NCBI GenBank assembly: GCA_030867685.1
Contig: JAQOWU010000007.1
Span: 2,356,001 to 2,420,000 of the forward strand
DNA: 64,000 bases
Direction of reading: 5' to 3'
DNA from: Wickerhamiella versatilis
Taxonomy: Eukaryota
Shown here: one piece after another, positions 31,908-42,814 of the stretch
Numbering within the stretch: the stretch's first letter is position 1
Layout: each line of letters begins with the position of its first letter
Notes under the pieces: model-generated
What the model was told of the DNA's origin: nothing
Database searches by the model: none
Seen by the model: the letters and a program-made list of their open reading frames with translations, nothing else
Program-made: the position numbers and the translations under genes

Positions 31908-33776
31908 ATGAGACTGGGTATATTCCTCTGGGCTTCAATAGGCCTATCAGCACCAGTGCGATTTGAGCGAAGATCGACATACTCGAATAGTACAGTTCAC
32001 GGACCTGAAAATAATGAATTTATCACTTTTACAATAGGAGAAACACCTTATGTTTCTCTCGTCTCACATAATGCCCCATTCACAGCCCCGGTCGAGCCAT
32101 TTGGAATAAATGCCTCTTCATCGCCAGTTTTAACTACAGTTGTTCACGGCTGCTCTATTAAAGACATGAATAAATTCTACGAAGATGACGTGTGGTCGGA
32201 AGAATTCGCAGAAAATATTCTTTTTGTCCCCAGTAGTAATTGTACATCTTTGGATGTGGGTATGAGCAATGACACAATAACACTTTTGCCCTACTCGCAA
32301 GCTTCAGTACCATCTGGGCCCTACCTAGCATACTCTGGAGGACTATATCCCGTTTATCGCCTATATAGGGATACCCAGGCTGCTTTTACAACTGGTCTTC
32401 TGAATGTTGGTTCGGACTCGTTCGTGGAGATGTCCTCGGTAAATGGAGGCAGCATCCCCGTACCCTCAAGACTCTACTTTGGACCAAAGTCAGACAGTAA
32501 GCCGTTGAATGGCGTTCGCGTGGGGGTAAAAGATCTTTATGATGTGGCAGGTGTTCGGTCAGGTTGTGGTAGCCGTCCATATTACGAGACTTACGCACCT
32601 GCTGCATCAAACTCCTATCCTGTACAAAAGCTATTGGATCTTGGTGCTATTATTGTCGGGAAAACAATAATGAATCCTTTTGCTAACATGGGTTGGGCTG
32701 AACAACTAGAGCCGTTCAATCCAAGAGGTGATGGTTTTCAAGATCCCTCAGGTAGTTCTACAGGTTCTGGTGCGGCAATAGCTGCATATTCATGGTTAGA
32801 TGCTACCATAGGAAGTGATACTGGTGGAAGCGTTCGTGGACCAGCTGGAATGTCCGGTGTTTTCGGAATACGACCTACTTTTGACATTATGGATTTGACT
32901 GGAGTAATGCCTATGTCTGATCTTTTAGATACCCCTGGCTTCTTTACTAGAGATGCGTCTAGCTTTCTTGAATTTGGCTCAGCATGGTACGCGTTAAACT
33001 CTAGTGACAAAGTAAGTTTACCCTCAACCTTACTGTCGCCTGCAGATTTCTGGCAAAGTTTATTCACTAATGACAATGTCACAGAAAAAGGAAGCAAAAA
33101 TCAAGCAAAAATATTTTCTAGCTTCCTAGACCAGCTTTCATCTTTTCTGGGAACAAACCAGACCACAGTTTCTTTCGATACCTATTGGAATAAAACTTCA
33201 GGAGTCAACGACTCGGTGAGCAACTATCTAAACGAGACTTATGTTGAGCTGATAGCCGACTATCAGCATCGTGTGCTGGGTTCTCCTTTTAACAAAACTT
33301 ATCAGGAAAAAAATCAAAGGTCACCTTTCATTGATCCTTCTGTAATGACTAGATGGAATTGGGCACAGTCCCAGCCTAATGGAACCTACGACCATCAAGT
33401 ACACCGGAAAGAGGTCTTTACAGAATTCATGGACAAGTTCTTACCCGGAGATTGCTCTAAAATACTAGTCTATCCACAGTCAAGTGGTGAACCTAGCCTG
33501 AGAGAGTCATACCCTGGAACACCCATAGCTGGACCACCATTTGGATTTTCAGCCCTTAGCCTGGCGAATTTGGGAAGCCATCCTGATATGGTTATTCCAA
33601 TTGGTGAGACAAGCTTCCATAGTAACATCACTCATAGTCAGGAATGGCTTCCTCTTACCCTGAGTCTTGTCGGGGGAAGCGGTTGCGACCTTCAATTGAT
33701 GTATTTGGCGAAGAACTTGGAGGATAATGGACTTATCCAACCAGTAAACACAGGTTCTTCGCTTTGGAAGCATTGA
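31908..33776 (+). CDS. Secreted amidase-signature protein (GatA-like)
   Basis: Signal peptide. Motifs VPSRLY, GVKDLYDV, PFNPRGDG.QDPSGSSTGSG and GSDTGGSVRGPA. Confidence 0.88.
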   Translation: MRLGIFLWASIGLSAPVRFERRSTYSNSTVHGPENNEFITFTIGETPYVSLVSHNAPFTAPVEPFGINASSSPVLTTVVHGCSIKDMNKFYEDDVWSEEFAENILFVPSSNCTSLDVGMSNDTITLLPYSQASVPSGPYLAYSGGLYPVYRLYRDTQAAFTTGLLNVGSDSFVEMSSVNGGSIPVPSRLYFGPKSDSKPLNGVRVGVKDLYDVAGVRSGCGSRPYYETYAPAASNSYPVQKLLDLGAIIVGKTIMNPFANMGWAEQLEPFNPRGDGFQDPSGSSTGSGAAIAAYSWLDATIGSDTGGSVRGPAGMSGVFGIRPTFDIMDLTGVMPMSDLLDTPGFFTRDASSFLEFGSAWYALNSSDKVSLPSTLLSPADFWQSLFTNDNVTEKGSKNQAKIFSSFLDQLSSFLGTNQTTVSFDTYWNKTSGVNDSVSNYLNETYVELIADYQHRVLGSPFNKTYQEKNQRSPFIDPSVMTRWNWAQSQPNGTYDHQVHRKEVFTEFMDKFLPGDCSKILVYPQSSGEPSLRESYPGTPIAGPPFGFSALSLANLGSHPDMVIPIGETSFHSNITHSQEWLPLTLSLVGGSGCDLQLMYLAKNLEDNGLIQPVNTGSSLWKH

Positions 33777-34039
33777 ATGTATCATGAAAATGTTCAATGT
33801 GAGTCTCCATACTACTTACTATAGTCGGACAACACAGTCAAAACTTTCACATCGGAATCTCAAAATCTCGGGATTTCTGTCACGTAAAAGCTGCTAATTT
33901 CAGTTTTCATTGCAGTGTTCTTCCGCGAACTTTATACCTATACGGGCCTGAATCGAAAATGATATAAAACATTAATAGGAGACGCTATGTTGTATAAGTC
34001 CACTAAAAGACCTAATTATCAGATAAATCGAGTTGTAAC

Positions 34040-35461
34040 TCACTCGGCAAGGGCTCCGCAAGGATCCCATGGTGGTAGATCAATTGGCTTTTTCTTGAGA
34101 TCAGCATCAAATTCGGACGCTTCATCACCCTCGATTACTACCTGGTACACATATTCTTTAAAGAAATCATGAGACATCGTGTAGAATCCTTTCATGCCAG
34201 TCTTGTCACCCCAAGAATTCTCGACTTTCCACCGAATCGGCTCACCATTTTCATTGAGGTGAACCCCAGTGAAAACCATTGCATGCGTCATCAAGGATTG
34301 CCCATAACGAAGGCGATTGGCTTTATCCTGGGTTGGCTTGAATCCCAAACTTTCAAAATCCCATAATTCGGTCGAGATGATTCCTGTACCATTGTGGTGA
34401 TATATTGGGGTATGTGTGCCAAAGAAAACCGGTTTGTTGGCTTTGATACGTTCAATAGCCTTTGAGGCTAATACGTCGATTGATTTATTGAGGTATGTCA
34501 CCTCAGGTGACTCTACAATATTACCAAGTCGTTCAATATGAATAGGAGTATCATACGTATTCCGAGGATCATTCAACAGTGAAACAGCACCACCCACATC
34601 AAAGCTAACAATTTCCTGCGCAAACTTGAGTGGAGTAGTGGTGACCGATCCAAATTTCTTGTTTTTGTCTACGTATTCCCAGATAATTTCATCATTAGGA
34701 CCTGGAGGTGAGCCCAAAAATATGACAAGAAGCTGATGTATCGTCTTCATCTGCTTCCTACGGAGAGCAGCAACATCCTTCTTTCGCGCAGCGGTTTCTC
34801 GTAGCTCCTGGGCGTACTGATGCAACAGAGTCTTTACCATTCGGTTTACCTGAGCACTGCGCAATGAATTATCGTTATCAGGGAAAACATCGTTTGGGAC
34901 AATACCATACTTGGCCACCACATTTGCAAGCATTCCAAATTGCCCACCATCTGAAATTGGATCACTCAGAAGATGTTGGACAATGCGCGAGTCCACATCC
35001 TCGTCTGCTGTGTCTATTATCTGCTCTAAGAAAAAATTCGCTTTCTCCAGTTTGTCATAAAAAAACAGGTACGTGGGGCTCAATCTTAGGTTCTCCAGTT
35101 CGTACTTCTGCATAATAGGAATACGGAATACATTGGTGCCGGCAAAGAGCCAACAACGTCCACTGGATTGTTGGTTCGTGATAGGGGCACCCTGGGGCTC
35201 AACAACGTTGTTAAAAATTCCAGTGGTGAGCTTGGATTTCACGTCACGCTTTATAAGTACTTCATCGACGTTAGTGTTGCCAACTACTGTGGCGGCCAAA
35301 GCCAGCTTAGGATCAGCCTTTATCTGACTATCCCAGGACTCGATTTCAGATGTTGACAATACATTGGTGTCCAATTTGGCGTTTGAACTCAATCTCCTGA
35401 GGAAGCTCATTGTTCGGTAGGATTTCAGGGGGGTGGTGGTCTTGAGGAGATTATAAAGCAT
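34040..35461 (-). CDS. LAP3: Bleomycin hydrolase / cysteine aminopeptidase (C1B)
   Basis: NQQSSGRCWLFA, DKLEKAN, DGGQ, MTHAM, VENSWG and C-terminal PPWDPCGALAE. ATGs at 35461 and 35410. Confidence 0.93.
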   Translation of the reverse strand: MLYNLLKTTTPLKSYRTMSFLRRLSSNAKLDTNVLSTSEIESWDSQIKADPKLALAATVVGNTNVDEVLIKRDVKSKLTTGIFNNVVEPQGAPITNQQSSGRCWLFAGTNVFRIPIMQKYELENLRLSPTYLFFYDKLEKANFFLEQIIDTADEDVDSRIVQHLLSDPISDGGQFGMLANVVAKYGIVPNDVFPDNDNSLRSAQVNRMVKTLLHQYAQELRETAARKKDVAALRRKQMKTIHQLLVIFLGSPPGPNDEIIWEYVDKNKKFGSVTTTPLKFAQEIVSFDVGGAVSLLNDPRNTYDTPIHIERLGNIVESPEVTYLNKSIDVLASKAIERIKANKPVFFGTHTPIYHHNGTGIISTELWDFESLGFKPTQDKANRLRYGQSLMTHAMVFTGVHLNENGEPIRWKVENSWGDKTGMKGFYTMSHDFFKEYVYQVVIEGDEASEFDADLKKKPIDLPPWDPCGALAE

Positions 35462-35989
35462 CGTATCTAGATTACGTGCTGAAGCAGGCAGCGTAAGCCT
35501 AAAGTGACCCAAAGGGTACGCACAGGGGGCAACACTTCTATATCTCGTATAATATCACAAGATAATTCTTAATATCTTCTCACTAAATTTTTTATATTAA
35601 TTATTCTACTTAGTCTTATACTGCTCAGGTTACAGGGACATTCTGATACCTAGGGCCGGTTAGGTCGTGTGCTTACTGACTAACAAACATATGATAAGTG
35701 AACAACAGAAATATGTTAAGTGAACCTTAAACACTGCGGTTTCTCACTCTGGGATTCTATTTCATATGCAAAACTAGTTTGATAAAATTAATTTTAAATT
35801 GATTCACTTGATGGCTAAGTTTTCAGACACTGCAATATTGTATGGCATGCTATTGAGTGACCTAAATACGAATCATATGTCTAATGTCTATCGAAGAATG
35901 CGAACTCATGCAAAGAAAATTCTCACCTCCACTGCCAGTAAGTATTTAGAAAAGGACTAAACAACAAAACAAGGAGGTTATTTAGGCTT

Positions 35990-38900
35990 TCATATCTGAT
36001 TCTTGATGTCGTAAAGAGTATCAAAATCGAAGAAATCAAACTTACTTTGGGAATTTTCAGGCCATAACTGGTTGAGGAAACCATCATACAGGAAGCCATT
36101 ACGCATAACCTTATCAATATGCATTGTATTGCGAATATTTTCCAATGGATCAAAGTTTAAGATGACCAAGTCAGCAAATTTGCCGGGCTCAATAGTACCC
36201 AAATCGTGTAGACGTCCAATTGCTTCAGCGGAGCCAGCAGTAGCTGCATGTAGCACATCAATAGGACTCATGCCTCCCATTACATGTGCCTCCATTTCCC
36301 AGTGAAAGCCTATACCGGGTACTTCTCCGTGTGCCCCGATCCCCAGTAGCCCACCGGATTGCACAACACGATTCGCATCTCTAGCTATATCCAGGAAATT
36401 GTAATCATGCAGCGGCAGCTGTGGTCGTCCAGTTAGCTTTTTGTCAATTGCCACAGATGGGTAAAAACGTCTTATTTTCTCATCATGGGCCGGATGACGA
36501 TGGGCCACAAACCAATCTGAAGCAGGTAGACCTCCATTTGTTATCATCAGAGTAGTTGTATAGCTCGTGCGCATGCTCTCCAGAAGGCCAAGTACATCAT
36601 CTCCTAGCGGTGTGGCAGTAAGTGCATGTTCACTACCAGAATATCCATCTAAAATTTGCGTGATATCAAGTTTCATCGATAGTGCACCTTCGGTGGTTGG
36701 CTGTAAGTCATTCTTAAGTGCAGACATTGCCATCCATTGGCGGACACGGCGATTACCGGTGCGATATTCTTTAACGTTCTTCAGCCCAGCTTGTTTGTAT
36801 CGCTGAAGAACAGCGGAGGTATCTTCAAGGGATGTGAATCGATTCATAGAAAAAACTGCCATACCCGTCGAACGTAGTCGCGGTCCTGTCATCAAGCCAG
36901 CATCTAGCATGTCTTGATAGCTCAGCATGTCAACGCTTAAGGTAGATGGATCGAAGCTAGTTGTCACTCCGTAAGCAAGACGGACTTTCAACCCCCAATT
37001 TTCGCGGCTTAATACCTCCCGGCGGATTTCTGCAATGTGGTCGTGCTCATCAATTAGCCCGGGAATAATTGTCTGGCCGGAAGCGTTTAACACGCGAGTT
37101 CCATGAGGTACTGGAAATGAGCCTCGCGAACCTACATTTGTGATACGATCTTGCTGTAACAGAATGTCTGCATCATGAATTATTTGGTTCTCATGGTTCA
37201 TAGTTAAAACATTACCCCCCCTTAAGAGCAGTGCCTTAGTTGGAATGGCGCGCGGCAAAAAAACTTGCATTTCCCGCGGCTTCGGATCTTGATCAGGTAT
37301 AACCGGCTCGCCTGTTGCAAGTGGCAATACATCCAAAAGAGACCTCAAATAAAGCTTATGCCCCATTGACCAATATATCTTTGCGCTATCTTGCCATCCA
37401 AAATAATCAACACCGCTTCTGGTAACCCGTCGCTTCAATATTGTGCTATCGGTCAAATCGATTAACTTGGTATCGCAAGGCATCTCAATGAGGAAAAGCT
37501 GCTGGGCAGCAGAGGCTAAAAGCCACTTACCATCTGGGCTAATTCTCAAATCATCCACAGGCTGGATAGTTCCTGGAATGAAATACCATCCAGGCCCCAC
37601 TACTTTTACCATTGATTCAACGGCTCCGGAAGACATATCTACCAAGGCTATACCACCATTCTCATTCACCACAATTTTACTGGGTGAATGCCTCAAAAAC
37701 TGGGGCAATCCACCAATTTCGCCCTGGGCAATAAAGCGGGAACTTACATGATCACTGAGAGGCAATAGTACCAATTCACTGGCCCGTACCTTGGGAAATT
37801 CGAAAATATCTTGCTGACGATTAAGTGTCGGAGAGCGAAAAACTGCAATAGCTTGGCCATCAGGTAGAAATGAAGGAGCAGTATAAAAGGCATTCCTGTC
37901 ACTAATTCGGCGGGGCGGGGTAGAACCATCTACAGGTGTAACCCACACAGCACCCCCAAATTCCTCATTCCAGCTAACATATACTACGTCTTTACCATCT
38001 GGGCTCCAAGCTGGCTGAGATAGAGAATCAGGACCATCTACTGAGAAGTGGGGGGTGACGGACCCGTGCCTAGTAGACTGCACATATATACGTCCCATAG
38101 CCATATTGGCAATATATCTTCCATCTGGGGAGAGCATAGGTGCTTGAACTAGATGTGCCTGAACAGATCTGCTCTCCTCAATAATATTTTGTCGCGTACT
38201 GGGACCTACATCTACCCTCATGTCTGCATCAATACCATGCCTACTTACAATTCCATTACGGAGGTCAACAACTTCGAATCCTCCATCATGGCTAAAAACA
38301 ATTGAATGACCATCAGGAGTGAAACAATATCGTGCTGCTATGTCCTGCCAGAATGAGGCTTGAAGCTGGTCACGATCAAGAGGCTTATAAACCTTCCTGT
38401 CCTCACCTGTCGATAGATTGCGTACTCTCAGAACATTTTCTCCATTTGAGTGGACTTGATATGCTAAAAGTTGTCCATCAGGTGAAATCGCGGGTCTGAA
38501 AGCTATTTCTTGTTTACCTTGGTCCGAAGGATTACCCACAATTAGTGTTTCATCACCGGTTTGTAAATGGCGTCTCACAATTCCCCAGCTATTTAATCTA
38601 TCAAAGTCAAGCCCACCTATACGCTTTGCATAGTAAATCCAAACCCCATCAGGTGATACTGCTACCCCAATCGAGCTCTGCCATACGTCACGAGAAGCCC
38701 CTCGATTCGGTACTATTGGCACAAGCAGTTCTGATACTCCATCTAGACCATATCTCCATAGTTGTACGTTATTATAATCTGCCATGTAACGGCTGATGTA
38801 CACAGAGGTGCCGTCAGCACTCCAAGCTGGTGAGGCTAGAACGGTATCGTCGTTACCAAAACTCAGCTGTCGAGAATTGTCGCCCGTCAAGTCAGAAATC

Positions 38901-39271
38901 CAGAGGTTGTCAGCCCCGGAGCGGTCACTAACAAATGCTATCAGTTTCCCATCTGGTGAATAAGTGGCTTGAGTATCAAATGCAAGACCGCGCGTTATTT
39001 GCTTTGCAGGTCCGCCATAAATGGGCATGGTATATAAATCGCCCAGCATGTCAAAAATTAACGTATCACCATCCTTAGAAACATCTAGAGACATTTGAGT
39101 TCCAGTCTTTGCGTGGATTCGAAGTGTCCTCTCTGCTTTTAAGGGCAGAGTTTCTCCGGGCGGTTGCTGTGGTCGACCATCCGACTCTTCAGGGTATATA
39201 GGGAACCCAGAGACGAGTATTCGTGATAAAAAATATATAAAGATGCAGAAATAAGAATTGAGAACCATCAT
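35990..39271 (-). CDS. Large amidohydrolase with N-terminal PD40/TolB-like beta-propeller repeats, bacterial type
   Basis: Repeated P.(W/Y)SPDG motifs, then IIPGLIDEHDH, GAHG and GTIEPGKFADLVIL..DPL; N-terminal signal peptide. Confidence 0.9.
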   Translation of the reverse strand: MMVLNSYFCIFIYFLSRILVSGFPIYPEESDGRPQQPPGETLPLKAERTLRIHAKTGTQMSLDVSKDGDTLIFDMLGDLYTMPIYGGPAKQITRGLAFDTQATYSPDGKLIAFVSDRSGADNLWISDLTGDNSRQLSFGNDDTVLASPAWSADGTSVYISRYMADYNNVQLWRYGLDGVSELLVPIVPNRGASRDVWQSSIGVAVSPDGVWIYYAKRIGGLDFDRLNSWGIVRRHLQTGDETLIVGNPSDQGKQEIAFRPAISPDGQLLAYQVHSNGENVLRVRNLSTGEDRKVYKPLDRDQLQASFWQDIAARYCFTPDGHSIVFSHDGGFEVVDLRNGIVSRHGIDADMRVDVGPSTRQNIIEESRSVQAHLVQAPMLSPDGRYIANMAMGRIYVQSTRHGSVTPHFSVDGPDSLSQPAWSPDGKDVVYVSWNEEFGGAVWVTPVDGSTPPRRISDRNAFYTAPSFLPDGQAIAVFRSPTLNRQQDIFEFPKVRASELVLLPLSDHVSSRFIAQGEIGGLPQFLRHSPSKIVVNENGGIALVDMSSGAVESMVKVVGPGWYFIPGTIQPVDDLRISPDGKWLLASAAQQLFLIEMPCDTKLIDLTDSTILKRRVTRSGVDYFGWQDSAKIYWSMGHKLYLRSLLDVLPLATGEPVIPDQDPKPREMQVFLPRAIPTKALLLRGGNVLTMNHENQIIHDADILLQQDRITNVGSRGSFPVPHGTRVLNASGQTIIPGLIDEHDHIAEIRREVLSRENWGLKVRLAYGVTTSFDPSTLSVDMLSYQDMLDAGLMTGPRLRSTGMAVFSMNRFTSLEDTSAVLQRYKQAGLKNVKEYRTGNRRVRQWMAMSALKNDLQPTTEGALSMKLDITQILDGYSGSEHALTATPLGDDVLGLLESMRTSYTTTLMITNGGLPASDWFVAHRHPAHDEKIRRFYPSVAIDKKLTGRPQLPLHDYNFLDIARDANRVVQSGGLLGIGAHGEVPGIGFHWEMEAHVMGGMSPIDVLHAATAGSAEAIGRLHDLGTIEPGKFADLVILNFDPLENIRNTMHIDKVMRNGFLYDGFLNQLWPENSQSKFDFFDFDTLYDIKNQI

Positions 39272-39802
39272 AGGGCCCGTTTTCCCCAGTTAGCTGTGTC
39301 ACTAACAGGCCTACTGGAAAAGAATGTTATGTAACAAATTAGCCAAAAAAAGCCGGCCGTCTTTGTTTAACTTGGAGGACCTCTATTGCGGATACAAACA
39401 GATTCTGATCTCGGCAAGCTCCATTAATCCTCTTTGAAAGCTTTGTGAGTAATTAAGCCTTGTCTCGTGATACTTCAAGGCAGCCTACTGTAATGGTCGC
39501 CATTGTAATAAACGGGCACAAAATAGACTTTAACTGGCTGGAATCGCCCTTAAACTGCTTTACTTTGAGCTTGACTCATACGCTCAGCTTAGATAACTTG
39601 GATAAGGCTACTACCAGTAAACTATGATCACCATGAATAAGCGATTTACGGCAAATGATTGCCTTAAGGTTAGGAATGGCGATGAATGAGCTGGTTTAGG
39701 CAGTCATTGTCTAACTAAAAGCGATATACAATAAATCAATTGTGATAAGAGTACTCTTCTTGAACATTTCATCATGCAACCGTGAATTAACACTCAATCG
39801 GG

Positions 39803-40023
39803 CACGTGGAAAAAACATGAGATACCTGCATATGGGTTAAGGGTACTATGCACTGCTTTCGTTGAGGGTGGTCTTGGATTGACATTTTGCCAAAATAGAT
39901 TTGCTTTTTGGAAAAACAAAACTAATTTGAATTGTGATATCTACCAAAGAATATGCATTGAGAGTCTATAGTCATGGACAAAGAAGGCTCTGCAAAATAT
40001 GCATGGCTGGCGTCGCACACGTG
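39803..40023. promoter_or_regulatory. Two CACGTG E-boxes (Pho4-type) upstream of the acid phosphatase
   Basis: CACGTG at 39803-39808 and 40018-40023, upstream of a secreted phosphatase. Confidence 0.45.
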
Positions 40024-40157
40024 GAGTAGTCTTGACCAACCAGAGCAAAGCAGTTTCATGCAAAGTCATTCAGATTAGATTGTTGATAAATGGCCGCAAT
40101 TTTCCAAGTTCTGAGAGTTAACGAGTGAAAAACTGTATGAAGCAAGGTAATAGTATC

Positions 40158-42395
40158 ATGCTCTGGGCACCGATTTTGGCCGCCATACAAGCGGCGCCTA
40201 ATGTAGACACTCGTTTCCCCTATACAGGTCCTGATATTCCCATTGGGGACTGGGTTGATCAAACAGTGAATGGAAACGGCAAGGGCTATCCGCGCATTGT
40301 GGAGCCACCTGCAGTTCAGCCGGGATATGAAAACCCAACTAATAATGTTAACGTCATTGCGTTATCTTATGTCCCGAACGGGATGAACATTCATTACCAA
40401 ACTGCATTCGGCTTAGGTACTGAACCTGTTGTCGCATGGGGTACGGATAAAAACAACCTTGAACATACCACGTCGGGTCAATCCCATACCTATGACCGAA
40501 CTCCTCCATGTTCACTGGTTTCCGTGACCATGTGCAATCAGTTCTTTCATGAAGTTCAGCTGAAAAATTTGGAACCCGAAAAGACCTATTACTACAAAAT
40601 TAAAGCTGCAAATGGTACCACAGAATCCGATGTCCTAAGTTTCAAGACTGCTCGTGAAGCTGGTGCTGGAGGGAAGTTTACCGTGGCAGTCCTCAATGAT
40701 ATGGGATATACTAATGCAGAGGGAACATATAAGCATCTTGTTGATGCTGCCACTGGAACAGATCCTGTTGCGTTTGCGTGGCACGGTGGTGACCTAAGTT
40801 ATGCCGATGACTGGGCAGAGGGCTTCATGCCTTGCGAAGATAGCTGGCCAGTATGCTATAATGGATCTAGCACTAGGCTTCCTGGTCCTGCTCCGGTTCC
40901 TGACAGTTACAAGGTACCACTTCCATCAGGGGAGGTTCCCATCCAGGGCGGACCACAAGGTGGTGATATGAGTGTCATATATGAAACTAATTGGGACCTT
41001 TGGCAGCAATGGCTCAATAATATCACCATGAACATTCCCTATATGGTCATGCCTGGAAATCATGAAGCTTCATGTGCTGAGTTCGACGGCCCCAACCATG
41101 ATCTTTCGGCTTACCTGGTGAACAACCGCACAAACTCGACTAGTTCCAAGGATGAGCTGAATTATTATAGCTGCCCTCCCTCTCAGCGCAACTTTACTGC
41201 ATATCAGAATAGGTTTAGGATGCCGGGAGAGGAGACAAATGGTGTCTCAAATTTCTGGTACTCTTTCGATTATGGCCTTGCCCACTTCGTTACCTTGGAT
41301 GGTGAGACTGATTTTCCTTATAGTCCCGAATGGCCCTTCGTACGTGATGACCCTTCTGGCTTGCCTGACGAGAGCAAGACTTTCGTTACTGATAGTGGTC
41401 CATTTGGCGCAATTGATGGCAGTTGGAAGGATAACAAGGCATATCAACAATGGAATTGGTTGAAGAATGATCTTGCTTCAGTGAATCGTACCAAGACACC
41501 TTGGGTTTTTGCTATGAGCCACCGTCCTATGTACAGTTCCCAGACAGCAAAATATCAAGATAATGTCAAGGATGCATTCGAGCCGCTGATGCTCAAATAT
41601 GGCGTTGATGCATATCTCTCAGGTCATATACACTGGTACGAGCGACTCTTCCCGATTGGGGCCGATGGTAAGATTGATATGGATTCTGTTAAGAACAATA
41701 ATACCTACTATACCAATGAGGGTAATTCAATCACCCATATTATCAATGGTATGGCTGGAAATATTGAGAGCCATTCTACTTTATCCGATGATGAGAAACC
41801 TCTTAACATCACTAATGTGCTGGACTATGAGCACTTTGGCTTTAGTAAACTTACTGTGCACAATGAGAGCGCAGCTTACTGGGAGTTTATCAAGGGAGAG
41901 GACGGGTCTTTGGGTGATTACCTGTGGCTATTGAAACCATCTAATACCAGCAGTAACCCCACATCATCTGGTGCAAAGCATAGTAGTAGTACCCCGGTCC
42001 CAAGCAAGGCACCACACTCTACTGCTTTCAATTCTACGGAAGCTTCTAAGAATCCAGGCTTCTCCACTGTCGGACCTGCCTCCGCCTCCACACCTATATC
42101 GAGGTTGTCAAATTCAACAGGAGTTTCCAAAGGTCCAGGGATCTCCACCGCCGTAGCTTCCGCATCTGCTGCTCAATTGACCTCGTCAAGTAAACTTATC
42201 GGGAAATATAACTCCTCGTCTATTGGCAGTACTGGAGCTGCTCCTATTGAGTCTGCTAAGTCTTCATCAGTCTCACCGGCAAGTATCAGCAGCATTTCTG
42301 GATCTGTTGCAGTTGCCTCATCTGGAACGACTCATTCATACAGTTTGCTTAGTATTTTGGCAGCGGCAGTCATGGTATCGTTCATCATCGTATAA
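40158..42395 (+). CDS. Purple acid phosphatase (Aspergillus AphA-like) with Ser/Thr stalk and probable GPI signal
   Basis: Metal-ligand motifs DMG, GDLSYAD, GNHE, SHRPMY and GHIH.YER. Signal peptide from Met at 40158; hydrophobic C-terminus. Confidence 0.92.
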   Translation: MLWAPILAAIQAAPNVDTRFPYTGPDIPIGDWVDQTVNGNGKGYPRIVEPPAVQPGYENPTNNVNVIALSYVPNGMNIHYQTAFGLGTEPVVAWGTDKNNLEHTTSGQSHTYDRTPPCSLVSVTMCNQFFHEVQLKNLEPEKTYYYKIKAANGTTESDVLSFKTAREAGAGGKFTVAVLNDMGYTNAEGTYKHLVDAATGTDPVAFAWHGGDLSYADDWAEGFMPCEDSWPVCYNGSSTRLPGPAPVPDSYKVPLPSGEVPIQGGPQGGDMSVIYETNWDLWQQWLNNITMNIPYMVMPGNHEASCAEFDGPNHDLSAYLVNNRTNSTSSKDELNYYSCPPSQRNFTAYQNRFRMPGEETNGVSNFWYSFDYGLAHFVTLDGETDFPYSPEWPFVRDDPSGLPDESKTFVTDSGPFGAIDGSWKDNKAYQQWNWLKNDLASVNRTKTPWVFAMSHRPMYSSQTAKYQDNVKDAFEPLMLKYGVDAYLSGHIHWYERLFPIGADGKIDMDSVKNNNTYYTNEGNSITHIINGMAGNIESHSTLSDDEKPLNITNVLDYEHFGFSKLTVHNESAAYWEFIKGEDGSLGDYLWLLKPSNTSSNPTSSGAKHSSSTPVPSKAPHSTAFNSTEASKNPGFSTVGPASASTPISRLSNSTGVSKGPGISTAVASASAAQLTSSSKLIGKYNSSSIGSTGAAPIESAKSSSVSPASISSISGSVAVASSGTTHSYSLLSILAAAVMVSFIIV

Positions 42396-42814
42396 TATTC
42401 TAATAAACAGTTTACTTGAATATTGGAAACTCGCTCCAATTGTAGTTATAGTTAATCAATTAATTCGTCTAGTTCCTCTGCGATATTAACGCTGAGCAAA
42501 AAAACAGATCTTAAATGTTCATTTACGGTGCTCTTAGAGTGGTGTAGCCAATCCTCTACTTTTACTATACTTTATGGGCCTTTTTTTTTGAAATCTTGTA
42601 TTTTAGAATGGTGAGCTATCGCAATAGCTAGTCATAAGTAAAAAATACGACAGCCCTTAATCCGAGTCTTCAGATTATGAAAAATTGGATTAATATAATA
42701 AACTTGTGAAAAGTTTTATACAGTGATAAGCTTCACATCTTATTTTATTTCCTATTAAATCTCTTATCTATAGAAATACAACGCTTGCGAAAGTCAATTC
42801 TTTACAGTCGTACT

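Noticed and set aside
40032-40043. Weak intergenic look-alikes of the repeat (also near 42610 and 55322)
   Set aside because: Too short or mismatched to distinguish from chance.
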